Shown: in pieces, positions 26,913 through 37,473 of the stretch
Position numbering within the stretch: the first letter of the stretch is position 1
How the letters are laid out: every line of letters begins with the position of its first letter
Origin: an uncultured Clostridia bacterium
GTDB taxonomy: Bacteria > Bacillota > Clostridia > Christensenellales > CAG-138
Length of the DNA: 64,000 bases
Assembly (NCBI GenBank): GCA_946411635.1
Contig: CAMKES010000001.1
Span: 3,168 to 67,167, forward strand
Reading direction: 5' to 3'
Position numbers and translations under genes: made by a program
Notes under the pieces: model-generated
Databases searched by the model: none
Told to the model about the DNA's origin: nothing
Seen by the model: only the letters and a program-made list of their open reading frames with translations

Positions 26913-27509
26913 ATGAAAAAGATTCTGATCCTGCTGCTTTCCCTGCTGCTGATCGCGGCGCTCGGCTGTTCCGAGCGCAAGTCGTTCGAAGCCGCCGCGC
27001 CCGCGCCCGCGGAGACCGCGACCCCGAAGCCGACCGAAGCGCCCACCGAGGCGCCGACCGAAGCGCCCACCGAAGCGCCAACAGAGGAGCCGACCGAAGC
27101 GCCTACGGAGGAACCGACCGAAGCGCCGGCCGAAGGCTTCTGCACGGCGAACGAGATCGAGCTCACCCGCCCGACCGAGGGCAAGATCTGGACGCCGGTC
27201 TTTGAGAACATCACGTTTCTGATCAACGGCGAGCTGATGGACAGCAGCCAGGAGCTTGCGCCGGACGACTGCATCCTCACCGCACACTGCATCGTCGTCG
27301 CCTCCGAGGACTGCGAAACGGAGTGGACGCTCGTTCTGCGGTACAACGACGCGGATTATCTGGTCCGTACGGCGGCGGTCACGCTGTCCGCAGGGGAAAA
27401 CGACGTGCTGATCGTGATCCGCGCGGACGAGCCGCTCGCATCCGGCGACTACGTGGTCAAACTGTACGAGGGAGACGTCTTCCTCTGCGGAACGTCCCTG
27501 GAATTCTGA
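26913..27509 (+). CDS. Lipoprotein with PTEA-repeat linker
   Basis: Signal peptide plus lipobox LIAALGC|S, then (PTEA)n/(PTEEPTEA) repeats and a ~130-aa domain. Confidence 0.7.
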   Translation: MKKILILLLSLLLIAALGCSERKSFEAAAPAPAETATPKPTEAPTEAPTEAPTEAPTEEPTEAPTEEPTEAPAEGFCTANEIELTRPTEGKIWTPVFENITFLINGELMDSSQELAPDDCILTAHCIVVASEDCETEWTLVLRYNDADYLVRTAAVTLSAGENDVLIVIRADEPLASGDYVVKLYEGDVFLCGTSLEF

Positions 27510-27520
27510 CGCAGCGATCG

Positions 27521-27553
27521 AACGACCGCCCCCGACCGGGGCGGTCGTTTTTG
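27521..27553 (+). terminator. Rho-independent terminator
   Basis: aacgaccgcccc-gacc-ggggcggtcgtt 12-bp stem followed by TTTTT. Confidence 0.8.
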
Positions 27554-27677
27554 CGATCGGGACCGGAACGCCCGCCCGGACGGGCGGAACCGCGCAAAGG
27601 TTGCAAAGTGCGGAACAATTTGATATACTGTATAGAAATATAAACTGCGCTTCCGTGCGAAGCGCGGAAAGGCAAAC

Positions 27678-28343
27678 GTGACAGGACAGGATCCCGCGGC
27701 GCCGAAACCGTACCGCACGGTCGAACGGACCGCCGAAACCGAATACGTGATCTCGCGCTCGCGGTTCATCGGGCGCTGCTTTCCGGTGACGGAGGAGTCC
27801 GAAGCGCTCGCGATCCTCGAACAGATCCGAAAACAGCACTGGGACGCGACGCACAACTGCTTCGCATACCGGCTGCGCTCCGGCGCGGCGCGGTATTCCG
27901 ACGACGGCGAGCCGCAGGGCACGGCGGGTCTTCCGATGATGGAGGTCCTGAAAAAACGCGATCTTTACGACGTGCTGGTGATCAGCACGCGCTATTTCGG
28001 CGGCATCCTGCTCGGCGCGGGCGGGCTCGTACGCGCGTATTCGCGCTCGGCGTGCGACGCGGCCGACGCGGCGGGGCTCCTTTCGATGGAGCCGTGCACG
28101 ACGTTTTCGCTGCGCGTGCCGTACCCGTACCGCAACGCGGTGTGGGGCGTGTTCGACCGCTTCGGCGTACTGGAGCACGCGGACTACGCGGAAAGCATCG
28201 ACTGCACGTTCCGCTGCCGCACGTCCCTTGCGGACGCGTTTCTGAAGGCTTTGACGGAACGCACGGAGGCGCGCGTGAGCGCTGCGCCGTGCGGAGAAGG
28301 ATATTACGGATTTCCGGTCGCGGAAGGAGAGGAAAACGGCTGA
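27678..28343 (+). CDS. YigZ / IMPACT-family protein
   Basis: YVISRSRFIGRCFPV..HWDATHNCFAY..DDGEPQGTAG.P..VISTRYFGGILLGAGGLVRAY. GTG start. Confidence 0.8.
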   Translation: MTGQDPAAPKPYRTVERTAETEYVISRSRFIGRCFPVTEESEALAILEQIRKQHWDATHNCFAYRLRSGAARYSDDGEPQGTAGLPMMEVLKKRDLYDVLVISTRYFGGILLGAGGLVRAYSRSACDAADAAGLLSMEPCTTFSLRVPYPYRNAVWGVFDRFGVLEHADYAESIDCTFRCRTSLADAFLKALTERTEARVSAAPCGEGYYGFPVAEGEENG

Positions 28344-28358
28344 CGCCGTGACAAGAAC

Positions 28359-31187
28359 GTGAACAGACGCATTGTGAGTTTCATCTGCATCGCCGCATTG
28401 CTGCTTGCGGGCCTCGTGCTGCCCGCAGGCGTGCTTGCCGACGCCGATCATCCGATCACGATGACGATCGTCTGCGATCCGATGCCCGAGCTCGAGGGCG
28501 AGGGAACGATCCCCGATCTGCTGTTCACGATCCGCAACGAGAGCGCGGAGGACTACACGATGTCCCACGCGAAGCTGACCGGCGGATTCGAGGACAGGGA
28601 ACTGCTGCTCGACGAGTCCTTCACCGTGCTTGCCGGCGCGACGAAGGAGTTTCATCTGACCGACGTGCCGATCGCGGACGATCAGTTCGACTGCGACGTG
28701 TCGTACACGCTCAGCTGGGAGGAAACGCGGATCGAGGTGAACGAAGAGACCGGCGAGCCTTCCTTTGTCACCGTCCCGCATGAAACGACCGCAAGCATCC
28801 GCATCGAGCGGTTCGTGATCCCGGAACTGAAGGTTTCCGCCGAAGCGGAGAGCGCGCGCGTGCGCGTCGGCGACAAGTTCGGCGTCGTCTACACGATCCT
28901 GAACGATACCAAATTCGATATGAGCGGGATCCGGCTTTACGATCCCGAACAGAGCATGCTGACGATCCCCATGGAATCGTCCGACCTGAACGCCGGCGAA
29001 ACGCGCACCGTCAGGGTCGAATACACCATGGGCGAATCCGACATGACCTTTGCGCCGCAGGTGGAATACGTCGCGCGCCAGCGCGAGCTGACGGCGCAGG
29101 CCGCGGAACGCGTGACGGTCGGATCCGTCACCGTCGATCTTCAGATCTCGGCGCAGATGTATCCGGCGGACGAGGAGGGGACCCGCTTTGCGATCACGGT
29201 CAAAAACGCCGGCAATCAGACGCTCACGAACGTCCGGCTGTTCGACGAGATCAACACCGCGATCGATCAGCCGTTCGACCTTGCGCCGGATCAGAGCAAG
29301 GTCGTCATGTACACGGTGCAGCCGGCGCTTTCCGCCGACCGCATCCGTTCCGTCTCGTTCCATGCGGAGGCGACCGACTGCTTCGGCGAAGCGGTCCGCG
29401 CCAAGGATCCGGATTCCTACGACGTCGTGCCGTACATCGACAGCGGCGACGTGCACCTTGCGCTGTACGTCGTTCTGCAGAAGCCGTATTACGACGAAAA
29501 CGGCAAGCTCTGCGCCACGATCCAGTTTGAGATCCGCAACTACAGCAGGGTGCGGATCCACAACGCGGTCCTGAAAGAACTCAATCTGTTCGGCGAGATC
29601 ACGCGCTATCCCGATCTTTTGCAGGGCGAAACGTACTATTCGCAGGTCTATCAGCTCGACGGCGTGAACGAACTCCGCTTCAGCCTCGAGGCGCGCGACC
29701 CGGCGGATCAGACGTGCAGCGCGGAGATCGTTCGTCTCGACCTTTCCAAACTCAGGGAGCTCGTCGACCAGAAGAGCGACCCCGTTTACGTGTATCCCGT
29801 CAATCCCTATACGCAGGATTTGGACGCGAAATTCCGCAGCGTGCTCCGGATCGTGCTGATCGTCGCGCTGTCCGTCACGGTCCTGTGCGGGCTGATCTGC
29901 ATCATTCTGTACGCATCCGAACGCCGGCTCAAAAAGAAACTGCCGCCCGCGTTCGAAGAGGATCTGGAAAACGCGATGCGCTCCACCAAACGGCGCATGC
30001 AGGACCAGCTGTTCTCCGACGCGCCGACCGAGCGGTTCGGCTACGTCGCGCCGATCAAGCTCCGCAACTACGGCGAACTGACCGAACAGGAAGAAACGGA
30101 ACGCCAGGAGGCGTACCGCAGAGGTCTGCGCGAGGATATCCGCCGCGAGAACGCGCAGCTTGCCGCACAGAAGAACGCGGCCGCGCCGCATGCGCCCGCA
30201 AAGCCGACGCCGGCGAACGATCCCGCAGCCGGTGAAACGCGCGTCATGCAGACGGTCCGGCCGGTCTCCGGCGAAACGGTCCGCACGGACCTTCCGAAGC
30301 GTCCCGCGCCTGCGCCGATCATCGAGCAGTTCCGCGAGAGCGTGCCGGAGGAAACGACGGCGTTCGCGCCCCCGCGCGAGCCGGTCCCGGAACCCGTGCC
30401 CGACGAAACGGTCCGCACGGATCTTCCGAAGCGCCCCGCGCCCGCGCCGATCATCGAGCAGTTCCGCGAGAGCGTGCCGGAGGAAACGACGGCGTTCGCG
30501 CCCCCGCGCGAGCCGATCCCCGAACCAGAACCGGTCATCATTCCGGAGCCGGTGATCATTCCGGAGCCCGAGCCTATGCCTGAACCGGTGATCATTCCGG
30601 AAACGGTGATCATTCCGGAACCCGAGCCTATGCCCGAACCGGTGATCATTCCGGAAACGGTGATCATTCCGGAACCCGAGCCTATGCCCGAACCGGTGAT
30701 CATTCCGGAGCCCGAGCCCGAACCCGAGCCGGAAATCCTTTCCGAACCGGAATTTGAACCCGAACCGGAACCCTTCGTAGGGGACGCCGACCCCGGCGTC
30801 CCGGAACCCGAGCCCGAACCCGAACCGGAGCCGGAACCCGAACCGGAGCCGGAACCCGAACTCGAGCCCGAACCCGAGCCGGAGCCGGAACCTGAACCTG
30901 AGCCCGAACTCGAGCCCGAACCCGAGCCGGAGCCCGAATCGGAACCCGAACCGGAACCCGAACTCGAACTCGAGCCGGAACCCGAGCCGGAGCCGGAACC
31001 TGAACCTGAGCCCGAACTCGAGCCGGAACTTGAGCCCGAGCCGGAAATCCTGCCCGAACCCGAACCGCTTTCGATCGCGGAGGCGGCGCGGAACTACACG
31101 GGCGTCGGACCGTTCCGCTTTGCGGAGAAGAAGACGCCTGCGCGGCGGGCAAAGACACGTTTGACGGTTCGCAAAATGAACGACTGA
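28359..31187 (+). CDS. 942-aa type-I membrane protein: signal peptide, several Ig/CARDB-like extracytoplasmic repeats, one TM segment, long cytoplasmic repeat-rich P/E tail
   Basis: Signal peptide [20 protein letters not shown]. Repeated modules such as [23 protein letters not shown] segment [24 protein letters not shown]. The tail carries 44-aa, 18-aa and PE-dipeptide repeats. GTG start. Confidence 0.7.
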   Translation: MNRRIVSFICIAALLLAGLVLPAGVLADADHPITMTIVCDPMPELEGEGTIPDLLFTIRNESAEDYTMSHAKLTGGFEDRELLLDESFTVLAGATKEFHLTDVPIADDQFDCDVSYTLSWEETRIEVNEETGEPSFVTVPHETTASIRIERFVIPELKVSAEAESARVRVGDKFGVVYTILNDTKFDMSGIRLYDPEQSMLTIPMESSDLNAGETRTVRVEYTMGESDMTFAPQVEYVARQRELTAQAAERVTVGSVTVDLQISAQMYPADEEGTRFAITVKNAGNQTLTNVRLFDEINTAIDQPFDLAPDQSKVVMYTVQPALSADRIRSVSFHAEATDCFGEAVRAKDPDSYDVVPYIDSGDVHLALYVVLQKPYYDENGKLCATIQFEIRNYSRVRIHNAVLKELNLFGEITRYPDLLQGETYYSQVYQLDGVNELRFSLEARDPADQTCSAEIVRLDLSKLRELVDQKSDPVYVYPVNPYTQDLDAKFRSVLRIVLIVALSVTVLCGLICIILYASERRLKKKLPPAFEEDLENAMRSTKRRMQDQLFSDAPTERFGYVAPIKLRNYGELTEQEETERQEAYRRGLREDIRRENAQLAAQKNAAAPHAPAKPTPANDPAAGETRVMQTVRPVSGETVRTDLPKRPAPAPIIEQFRESVPEETTAFAPPREPVPEPVPDETVRTDLPKRPAPAPIIEQFRESVPEETTAFAPPREPIPEPEPVIIPEPVIIPEPEPMPEPVIIPETVIIPEPEPMPEPVIIPETVIIPEPEPMPEPVIIPEPEPEPEPEILSEPEFEPEPEPFVGDADPGVPEPEPEPEPEPEPEPEPEPELEPEPEPEPEPEPEPELEPEPEPEPESEPEPEPELELEPEPEPEPEPEPEPELEPELEPEPEILPEPEPLSIAEAARNYTGVGPFRFAEKKTPARRAKTRLTVRKMND
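30273..30536 (+). repeat. Two tandem 132-bp (44-codon) coding repeats
   Basis: Copies start at 30273 and 30405 and encode [37 protein letters not shown]. Only a few nucleotide differences are visible. Confidence 0.85.
30537..30712 (+). repeat. About three tandem 54-bp coding repeats
   Basis: Encodes [18 protein letters not shown], repeated. Confidence 0.8.
30713..31065 (+). repeat. Degenerate hexanucleotide (Pro-Glu) coding microsatellite-like tract
   Basis: Long (PE)n runs with interspersed L, S and F, encoded by gaaccc/gagccg-type units. Confidence 0.85.
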
Positions 31188-31189
31188 TC

Positions 31190-31221
31190 TGAAAAAACTC
31201 CCCGGAAACGGGGAGTTTTTT
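31190..31221. terminator. Bidirectional terminator
   Basis: aactcccc-ggaaac-ggggagtt with an A6 run before and a T6 run after, between convergent genes. Confidence 0.75.
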
Positions 31222-32095
31222 ATCGGTTCAGAAGGATCTGCATATCGTCCGGCAGCGGGGCGGTCAGCTCGATGCGCTCGTGCGTGACCGGATGCGGGAA
31301 CGAGAGCGTTTCCGCGTGAAGGGCGGGGCGGTCGATCGCCTCGCACCGCTCGCCGTAGAGCCAGTCGCCGAGCAGCGGGAAGCCTGCGTACGCCATGTGC
31401 ACCCGCAGCTGATGCGTGCGGCCCGTATGCGGAACAAGCCGGACGAGCGCGCGGCCGCCGCAGGCTTCAAGCACCGTGCATTCGGTTTCCGACGGCGCGC
31501 CGTCGGCCCGCACCGTGCGCAGGTAGGTCGAGCCGGGCTGCACGCCGATCGGCTCTTTGATCGTGAAATGCGCCGTTTCCGGAACGCCCTGCGTGATCGC
31601 AAGATACGTTTTCGAGAAGCGCCCTTCCGCCTGCACGGTCTTCATCAGTGAATGAACGTATCCGCTCTTCGCAACGGTCAGAAGCCCGGTCGTGTCCTTG
31701 TCGAGCCGGCTGACCGGATGCGGATTGTCGACGCCGGTGAAGTACGCGGACAGCGCGTTTTCAAGCGTCGGTTCCGCGGGATCGCGGGCGGGATGCACGG
31801 AGAACCGCTTCGGCTTGTTGACGACGATCAGCCACTCGTCCTCGTACGCAACGTCGAGCGGGAACGGGATCGGCCGGATCGCCAGCTTTTTTCCGTCGGC
31901 GGGATCGAACGAAAGCACGTCGCCCGGCGCGAGACAGCGCGTCGTATAGACCGGCGCTCCGTTCAGAAGCAGCGCGCACGGCCGGCGCTTGAGCCGGCTC
32001 AGGTACGATCCGGAGACCGAAAAAACGCGCTGCAGAACGGCTTCGACGGTCATTCCCGCATATTCTTCCGGAATCGAAACGGTTCGCATCTGCAT
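31220..32095 (-). CDS. RluA/RluD-family pseudouridine synthase with N-terminal S4-like domain
   Basis: HPVSRLDKDTTGLL (catalytic Asp motif), HTGRTHQLRVHM. Confidence 0.85.
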   Translation of the reverse strand: MQMRTVSIPEEYAGMTVEAVLQRVFSVSGSYLSRLKRRPCALLLNGAPVYTTRCLAPGDVLSFDPADGKKLAIRPIPFPLDVAYEDEWLIVVNKPKRFSVHPARDPAEPTLENALSAYFTGVDNPHPVSRLDKDTTGLLTVAKSGYVHSLMKTVQAEGRFSKTYLAITQGVPETAHFTIKEPIGVQPGSTYLRTVRADGAPSETECTVLEACGGRALVRLVPHTGRTHQLRVHMAYAGFPLLGDWLYGERCEAIDRPALHAETLSFPHPVTHERIELTAPLPDDMQILLNR

Positions 32096-32231
32096 ACGTT
32101 CAGTATAGCATCCGCCGCGGGTCGGCGCAAGGGCGGCGCAGGAAAAAACGCGTCGGATCCCGGCGGACCGGTTGACACGGGGATCGCCGTGCGGTATCAT
32201 TTTTTATCATGGAGCAAAGGAGGACGCGGCT

Positions 32232-33320
32232 GTGTATCTGGTCGATTACGTCGGGGAAATGCGCGACGTTCCGGCGGTGAAGGCGCCGTTCGGCGAAGCG
32301 GACATGCTGCTGTTTGCCGTGCTCCCGTATCTGCACACGGAGGGGCTCGTGCCGGAATCGTTCGGAACCGGGATCGCGTTTCCCGAGCTTGCCGCGCGCT
32401 ACGCCGAACGCAGCGCAAACGGCAAAACGCCCTCCGGGCTCATCATCCCGGACGCATACGGAAAGGCGTTTTCCCTTGCGGCGCACACGCGGCGCTACGC
32501 GGACCTGACGGTGTGCGGATACGTGAGCGAGATCGTTCCGGAGGAGGAAAAACAGTTCACCGCGCTCACGATCGTGTCGAAGGACGGGGAGCTGTTCGTT
32601 TCGTTTGCCGGAACGGACGACACCGTGCTCGGCTGGAAGGAGGACTGCAGACTCGTCGCGGACGGCACGATGCCGGCGCAGGAACACGCGGTGCGCTATC
32701 TGAACGGGGCGCTGTCCGCGTTCGACGGGCGGTTTTCGACGATGGGCACGAGCAAGGGCGGTCATCTGGCGGTCTGGGCGGCGGCCGGGTGCCGCGCGCC
32801 GGAACGGCTGAACGGCGCGTTCGATTTCGACGGGCCGGGGTTTTCCCGCGCGTTTCTGGACGGAGAGGCGTTCCGCGCCGTTTCGGACCGCTGTCTGCTG
32901 ATCGCCGCGCGGTATGCCGCGATCTCGCGCATCCTCGACAACGTGCCGAACGTCGCCGTCACGCGCGCGACGAAGCGCGGGGCGTATCAGCACGACTGCA
33001 GCTGCTGGGTGATCGAGAACGGCGCGTTCGTGCGCGAGCCGGGCTTTATGCCGGGATCCGACGCGTTCCACGGCGCGTTTGAGGAGATGATGGAGCGAAC
33101 GACGCCCGAACAGCGGCGTGAAGCGACGCAGACGCTGTTCGGCCTGCTGGAGCAGACCGGCGCGGAAACGCTGACCGAGCTGCACCGCGGCCGCAAGCGG
33201 TATCTGCCGGAGATCATGAAGGGGATCCGGGCGCTTCCGCAGGAGGAACGCAGAAACCTGTTTTCGATCGTGATCCGGCTTTCGACCATGTTCGGCAGGA
33301 CCGTCGGCTTCAAACGCTGA
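32232..33320 (+). CDS. DUF2974 / Mbeg1-like alpha/beta-hydrolase-fold protein
   Basis: VSFAGTDDTVLGWKEDC and GTSKGGHLAVWAA (nucleophile-elbow-like; canonical members have GHSKGG). GTG start 7 nt after AAAGGAGGA. Confidence 0.6.
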   Translation: MYLVDYVGEMRDVPAVKAPFGEADMLLFAVLPYLHTEGLVPESFGTGIAFPELAARYAERSANGKTPSGLIIPDAYGKAFSLAAHTRRYADLTVCGYVSEIVPEEEKQFTALTIVSKDGELFVSFAGTDDTVLGWKEDCRLVADGTMPAQEHAVRYLNGALSAFDGRFSTMGTSKGGHLAVWAAAGCRAPERLNGAFDFDGPGFSRAFLDGEAFRAVSDRCLLIAARYAAISRILDNVPNVAVTRATKRGAYQHDCSCWVIENGAFVREPGFMPGSDAFHGAFEEMMERTTPEQRREATQTLFGLLEQTGAETLTELHRGRKRYLPEIMKGIRALPQEERRNLFSIVIRLSTMFGRTVGFKR

Positions 33321-33445
33321 AGCGGAACGGAAACGGAGAGGGAAGGCCCCCTCTCTTTTTTTGTGTCGGAAATGTGAACCCACTTCAACAGTTTTTGGTC
33401 TTTCTCCCGGTGTATCATGAAGACGTCGGGAGGAAAGGAGTTGAC

Positions 33446-34168
33446 ATGGAACAACAATCGTCAACGAAAAACATGCGGGATCTGTTTCTGCGGCTTCTGC
33501 GGGAACAGGTCGGAAAGGGGATCTACGTGTGGGGCGGCAACGGGGAGCGGCTCGACACGATGAACGCCCCGGAGGACTGGATCGACCGGCATGAGAGCGG
33601 TGAACGGGACGCGCGGCGCGCAAAGGCGCTGTATGCGAAGCGCAGGGCGTCGGGAAGCGTTCCCATCCGCGCGTTCGACTGTTCGGGACTCGTGTACTGG
33701 GCGCTCCGGACGCTCGGACTGCTCCGGACGGATCTTTCGAGCAGAGGCCTGTACGCGATCGGAAAGCCGATCGGCGAGGCGGAGCTGCGCGCGGGGGATC
33801 TCGTGTTTCACCACGACGGAAAACGGATCGTGCACGTCGGCGTCGCAAACGGTGAAACGCAGATCGAATGCCGCGGACGCGACGTCGGCGTCGTCGAGAA
33901 CCGCCGCAGGTCCGGCTACTGGAACCGGTTTGCGCGGCTGCCGTTCTTTCCGGACGAACCGGAAAAACGGCGCGTATACGTGCGCGGCGGCTCGGTGCGC
34001 GTGCGCGCGGGCGGGGGAACGGACCATCCCTGCGTGGGGATCGCGCATCGCGGGGATTCGTTTCCGCTCCTCGGAACGGCGGATTCCGGGTGGTACCGCA
34101 TCGAACGGAACGGCGCGGAGGCGTATCTCACGAACCATCCGCGCTATACGGAGGTGCGCGATGGCTGA
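33446..34168 (+). CDS. NlpC/P60 cysteine peptidase + C-terminal SH3-like domain (endolysin-type cell-wall hydrolase)
   Basis: YVWGGNG..AFDCSGLVYWAL (catalytic Cys)..HVGVA (His). C-terminal part VYVRGGSVRVRAG..GWYRI. Confidence 0.75.
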   Translation: MEQQSSTKNMRDLFLRLLREQVGKGIYVWGGNGERLDTMNAPEDWIDRHESGERDARRAKALYAKRRASGSVPIRAFDCSGLVYWALRTLGLLRTDLSSRGLYAIGKPIGEAELRAGDLVFHHDGKRIVHVGVANGETQIECRGRDVGVVENRRRSGYWNRFARLPFFPDEPEKRRVYVRGGSVRVRAGGGTDHPCVGIAHRGDSFPLLGTADSGWYRIERNGAEAYLTNHPRYTEVRDG

Positions 34169-34370
34169 ACGGACGGTCACGGAGATCCTCGAAGCGCTGG
34201 CGCGGATCGAAACGAACGTGAAGACGATCGCCGAGAACGGCGCGGATCACGAGGCGCGGCTGCGCTTGCTGGAACAAAAGAGCGGCAAACGGTGGGAATC
34301 GCTGTCGCTCGCCGCGATCACGGCGGCGCTCGTCGGGCTCGTCGGATTCGCGATGGGGAAACTGTTTTGA
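34161..34370 (+). CDS. XhlA-like small membrane protein (phage lysis accessory)
   Basis: 69 aa. N-terminal coiled coil with HEARLRLLEQ (PBSX XhlA has HEGRIRRLEQ, from memory) and a C-terminal TM segment SLAAITAALVGLVGFAMG. Overlaps the endolysin stop. Confidence 0.6.
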   Translation: MAERTVTEILEALARIETNVKTIAENGADHEARLRLLEQKSGKRWESLSLAAITAALVGLVGFAMGKLF

Positions 34371-34387
34371 AGCGAAAGGAGCATACG

Positions 34388-34579
34388 ATGGAACGGCAGA
34401 GCAGAAACAAAAGCGCGCTCTTCTGGATCGGGCTGGTCTCCGCGGCGTACGAGGCGGTCGTGAACAGCCTCGTGGGCGCGGGCGTACCGATGCCGCCGGT
34501 CGTCGGCGCGATCGGCGTTGCGCTGGCGACGGTGCTGATCTACTGCAACGGCAACAATCCGAGCCTCAAGGAGTACTGA
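34388..34579 (+). CDS. Small two-TM holin-like protein
   Basis: 63 aa. Two TM segments (LFWIGLVSAAYEAVVNSLV and VVGAIGVALATVLIY) and a polar NGNNPSLKEY tail. RBS AAAGGAG. Confidence 0.6.
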   Translation: MERQSRNKSALFWIGLVSAAYEAVVNSLVGAGVPMPPVVGAIGVALATVLIYCNGNNPSLKEY

Positions 34580-34583
34580 GCGC

Positions 34584-34620
34584 AAAAAGGACCCTCCCCG
34601 AAACGGGAGGGTCCCTGTCT
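34584..34620. terminator. Bidirectional terminator
   Basis: ggaccctccc-cgaaac-gggagggtcc perfect 10-bp stem between convergent genes. Confidence 0.7.
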
Positions 34621-34630
34621 GTCGTTCGGA

Positions 34631-34966
34631 TCAGACGTCTTCGCTTTTGCGGTGCTGCGAGCGGTTCGCGTCGAAGCCGTCCGGATAGCGCGCTTTGAGC
34701 TTGTCGATGTTCTCCTGCAGGATCGATTCGAGATCGCAGCCGATCGCAGTCGCGGTCTCGGCAAGATACCACGCGATGTCGCCGAGCTCCTTTCGGAGAT
34801 GCGCCTTGTCGAGCGGATGCCCCTGCATCATCCATTTTTTCACGAGGTCGATCGCCTCGCCCGATTCGCCGCAAAGCCCCATGACGCCGTTCAGCAGCAC
34901 TTCGGTTTCCGAAAGCGCCGGGTTCAGCGTGGTCATGGCGAGCTTCTGATACTCGTTGATCGTCAT
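34631..34966 (-). CDS. MazG-like nucleoside triphosphate pyrophosphohydrolase (single-domain)
   Basis: [38 protein letters not shown], the E-x-x-E..E-x-x-D pattern. Confidence 0.8.
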   Translation of the reverse strand: MTINEYQKLAMTTLNPALSETEVLLNGVMGLCGESGEAIDLVKKWMMQGHPLDKAHLRKELGDIAWYLAETATAIGCDLESILQENIDKLKARYPDGFDANRSQHRKSEDV

Positions 34967-35574
34967 AGACCCATGTCCTCGTCGATCAGGATGATGCGGA
35001 ACGCCTGATGCCGGCGCGAGGGGTACTCGGTGATCGCGGTCACGTTGCACATGCGTACCGGCGGACGGCAGTCGCGGCAGACGTTGTCGATCGAGCAGGG
35101 CGTCTGAAAGCCCTGCCGCCGCGCGTTCGGACCGCACGCGTCGCGCTTGATGCGCGCGATCGCCTCGTCGTAATCCCTGACGATCTTGTTCCGTCCGACG
35201 GCGAGGATGACGGTCTTCGGTCCGTAAATGATGCCGGCAAGGCGGTTGCCCGTGCCGTCGATATTGACGAGCCGCCCGTCCAGGGTGATCGCGTTCGACG
35301 AGCAGAGATACACGTCCGCCGCGATCGCGCTGATCCGCGTTTCCTCGACCTTCGGTTTTTCGACCTTCCAGTGCCAGTAGACCTCGTTGCCGCGCTCGGT
35401 CAGCGCCTCGTAAAGCCCGAGATCGCGCACGGTCGCCGAGCCCGCAATGCCCACGGAACGGTCACCGATATAGTTCAGGATCAATTCTTTCGCCTCTTCG
35501 GGCGTTTTGCATACGTCGGCGAGAAAACCGCGCTCGTTGAGCCGCTTTGCGACGGCGTTCAGTTGATCGAACAT
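34963..35574 (-). CDS. LUD-domain (LutB/LutC-like, DUF162) protein
   Basis: [41 protein letters not shown], plus a C-terminal Cys cluster. The stop overlaps the mazG-like start. Confidence 0.65.
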   Translation of the reverse strand: MFDQLNAVAKRLNERGFLADVCKTPEEAKELILNYIGDRSVGIAGSATVRDLGLYEALTERGNEVYWHWKVEKPKVEETRISAIAADVYLCSSNAITLDGRLVNIDGTGNRLAGIIYGPKTVILAVGRNKIVRDYDEAIARIKRDACGPNARRQGFQTPCSIDNVCRDCRPPVRMCNVTAITEYPSRRHQAFRIILIDEDMGL

Positions 35575-35667
35575 ATTTCACCTCCGGTTCTGATTGGTTT
35601 GATTGTATCACACTTCTTGCATTTTTGGCAACGGTCATGTACAATAAAAACACCTATGGAGGCAGTT

Positions 35668-37473
35668 ATGAATTTTGATCCGAACCTCATTCGAAACTTT
35701 TCGATCATCGCGCACATCGATCACGGCAAATCGACGCTTGCGGACCGCATGATGGAGCTGACCGACACCGTCGCAAAGCGCGACATGGAGGAGCAGCTTC
35801 TGGACTCGATGGACATCGAGCGCGAACGCGGCATCACGATCAAGGCGTCGGCGGTGCGCATGTTCTATCATCACACCGACGGAAAGACGTACATGTTCAA
35901 CCTGATCGACACGCCGGGCCACGTGGACTTCAACTACGAGGTCTCTCGCGCGCTTGCGGCGTGCGAGGGCGCGGTGCTGGTCGTCGACGCGACGCAGGGC
36001 ATCGAGGCGCAGACGCTTGCGAACGTCTACCTTGCGGTCGACAACGGGCTCGAGGTGCTGCCGGTCGTCAACAAGGTCGATCTGCCGAGCGCCGAGCCCG
36101 AGCGCGTGATCCATGAGATCGAGGACGTCATCGGCATCCCCGCCGAGGACGCGCCGTGCATTTCGGCCAAGACGGGCCAAAACGTCGGCGACGTGCTTGC
36201 TCGCATCGTCGATACGATCCCCGCGCCGACGGGCGATCCCGACGCGCCGCTGAAGGCGCTGATCTTCGACTGCTTCTACGACAACTACAAGGGCGCGCTC
36301 TCGTACGTGCGCGTGTTCGACGGCACGGTGAAGACCGGCACCCGCATCCGCTCGATGGCGACGGGCAACGAGTTCGACGTCACCGAGGTCGGCGTGTTCG
36401 CGCCGTCGTGGAAGCCGGTGGACAGTCTGACGGCGGGCGAGGTCGGCTACATCGCCGCCTCGATCAAGAGCGTTGCGGAAACGAAGGTCGGTGACACGAT
36501 CACCGAAGCGGGCAGACCCACGAAGGAAGCCCTGCCCGGCTACAAGCAGGCGAACTCGATGGTCTTCTGCGGCGTGTATCCCGCGGACGGCGCGCATTAC
36601 GACGACCTTAAGGAAGCGCTCGACAAGCTCAAGCTCAACGACGCGTCGCTAAGCTACGAGCACGAGACCTCGGCGGCGCTCGGCTACGGCTTCCGCTGCG
36701 GGTTCTTGGGTCTTTTGCACATGGAGATCATCACCGAGCGGCTTGAGCGCGAGTTCGATCTCGACCTCGTGACCACCGCGCCGTCGGTCGTCTATCACGT
36801 ATACACGCTCGACGGACGGAAGCTCGTCATCGACAACCCCACGAACCTGCCGAACGCGGCGGAGATCGACTACATGGAGGAGCCGATCGTCAACGCCACG
36901 ATCATGACCCCGTCCGAGTACGTCGGCACGATCATGGAGCTGTGCCAGAACAACCGCGGCACGTTCGTCGACATGCAGTACATCGAAGCCGACCGCGTGA
37001 ATCTGCACTACGTGCTGCCGCTCAACGAGATCATCTACGACTTCTTCGACAGTCTGAAGTCCCGGAGCCGCGGCTACGCCTCGTTCGACTACGAGCTCTC
37101 CGGCTACGCAAGAAGCGAGCTCGTGCGGCTCGACTTCCTGCTGAACGGCGAAATGTGCGACGCGCTCAGCACGATCGTGCATAAGGACCGCGCGTATGCA
37201 AAGGGCCGCGCCGTCGCCGAAAAGCTCAAGGACGTCATCCCGCGTCAGCAGTTCGAGATCCCGGTGCAGGCGGCGATCGGCAGCAAGATCATCGCGCGCG
37301 AAACCGTCAAGGCGGTCCGCAAGGACGTTCTCGCGAAGTGCTACGGCGGCGACATCACGCGCAAGAAGAAGCTTCTGGAAAAACAGAAGGAAGGCAAGAA
37401 GCGCATGCGCCAGGTCGGCTCCGTATCCGTGCCGAGCGACGCGTTCATGAGCGTGCTGCGCATCAACGGATGA
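35668..37473 (+). CDS. lepA: Elongation factor 4
   Basis: [34 protein letters not shown] chose the ATG at 35668 (5 nt after GGAGG). The long upstream extension in the track is antisense to the LUD gene. Confidence 0.95.
   Translation: MNFDPNLIRNFSIIAHIDHGKSTLADRMMELTDTVAKRDMEEQLLDSMDIERERGITIKASAVRMFYHHTDGKTYMFNLIDTPGHVDFNYEVSRALAACEGAVLVVDATQGIEAQTLANVYLAVDNGLEVLPVVNKVDLPSAEPERVIHEIEDVIGIPAEDAPCISAKTGQNVGDVLARIVDTIPAPTGDPDAPLKALIFDCFYDNYKGALSYVRVFDGTVKTGTRIRSMATGNEFDVTEVGVFAPSWKPVDSLTAGEVGYIAASIKSVAETKVGDTITEAGRPTKEALPGYKQANSMVFCGVYPADGAHYDDLKEALDKLKLNDASLSYEHETSAALGYGFRCGFLGLLHMEIITERLEREFDLDLVTTAPSVVYHVYTLDGRKLVIDNPTNLPNAAEIDYMEEPIVNATIMTPSEYVGTIMELCQNNRGTFVDMQYIEADRVNLHYVLPLNEIIYDFFDSLKSRSRGYASFDYELSGYARSELVRLDFLLNGEMCDALSTIVHKDRAYAKGRAVAEKLKDVIPRQQFEIPVQAAIGSKIIARETVKAVRKDVLAKCYGGDITRKKKLLEKQKEGKKRMRQVGSVSVPSDAFMSVLRING

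Noticed and set aside
30537-31065. Repeats as a non-coding satellite or CRISPR-like array
   Set aside because: The repeats keep one open frame continuous with the upstream domains and the downstream unique C-terminus. They are coding low-complexity repeats.
26847-31346. 1499-aa ORF on the minus strand
   Set aside because: It lies antisense to four well-supported plus-strand genes. The translation is dominated by R/G/F repeats (GFRFRLGL..) that simply mirror the Pro-Glu coding repeats. It is a typical high-GC antisense artefact.
32232-35574. Intact prophage around the lysis cassette
   Set aside because: No integrase, repressor, terminase, portal, capsid or tail genes are present on either side within the window. 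Only a lysis module plus a MazG-like gene is visible.
35008-35667. 220-codon N-terminal extension of the lepA ORF
   Set aside because: It lies antisense to the LUD-domain gene. EF4 begins at [23 protein letters not shown], with a GGAGG RBS just upstream.
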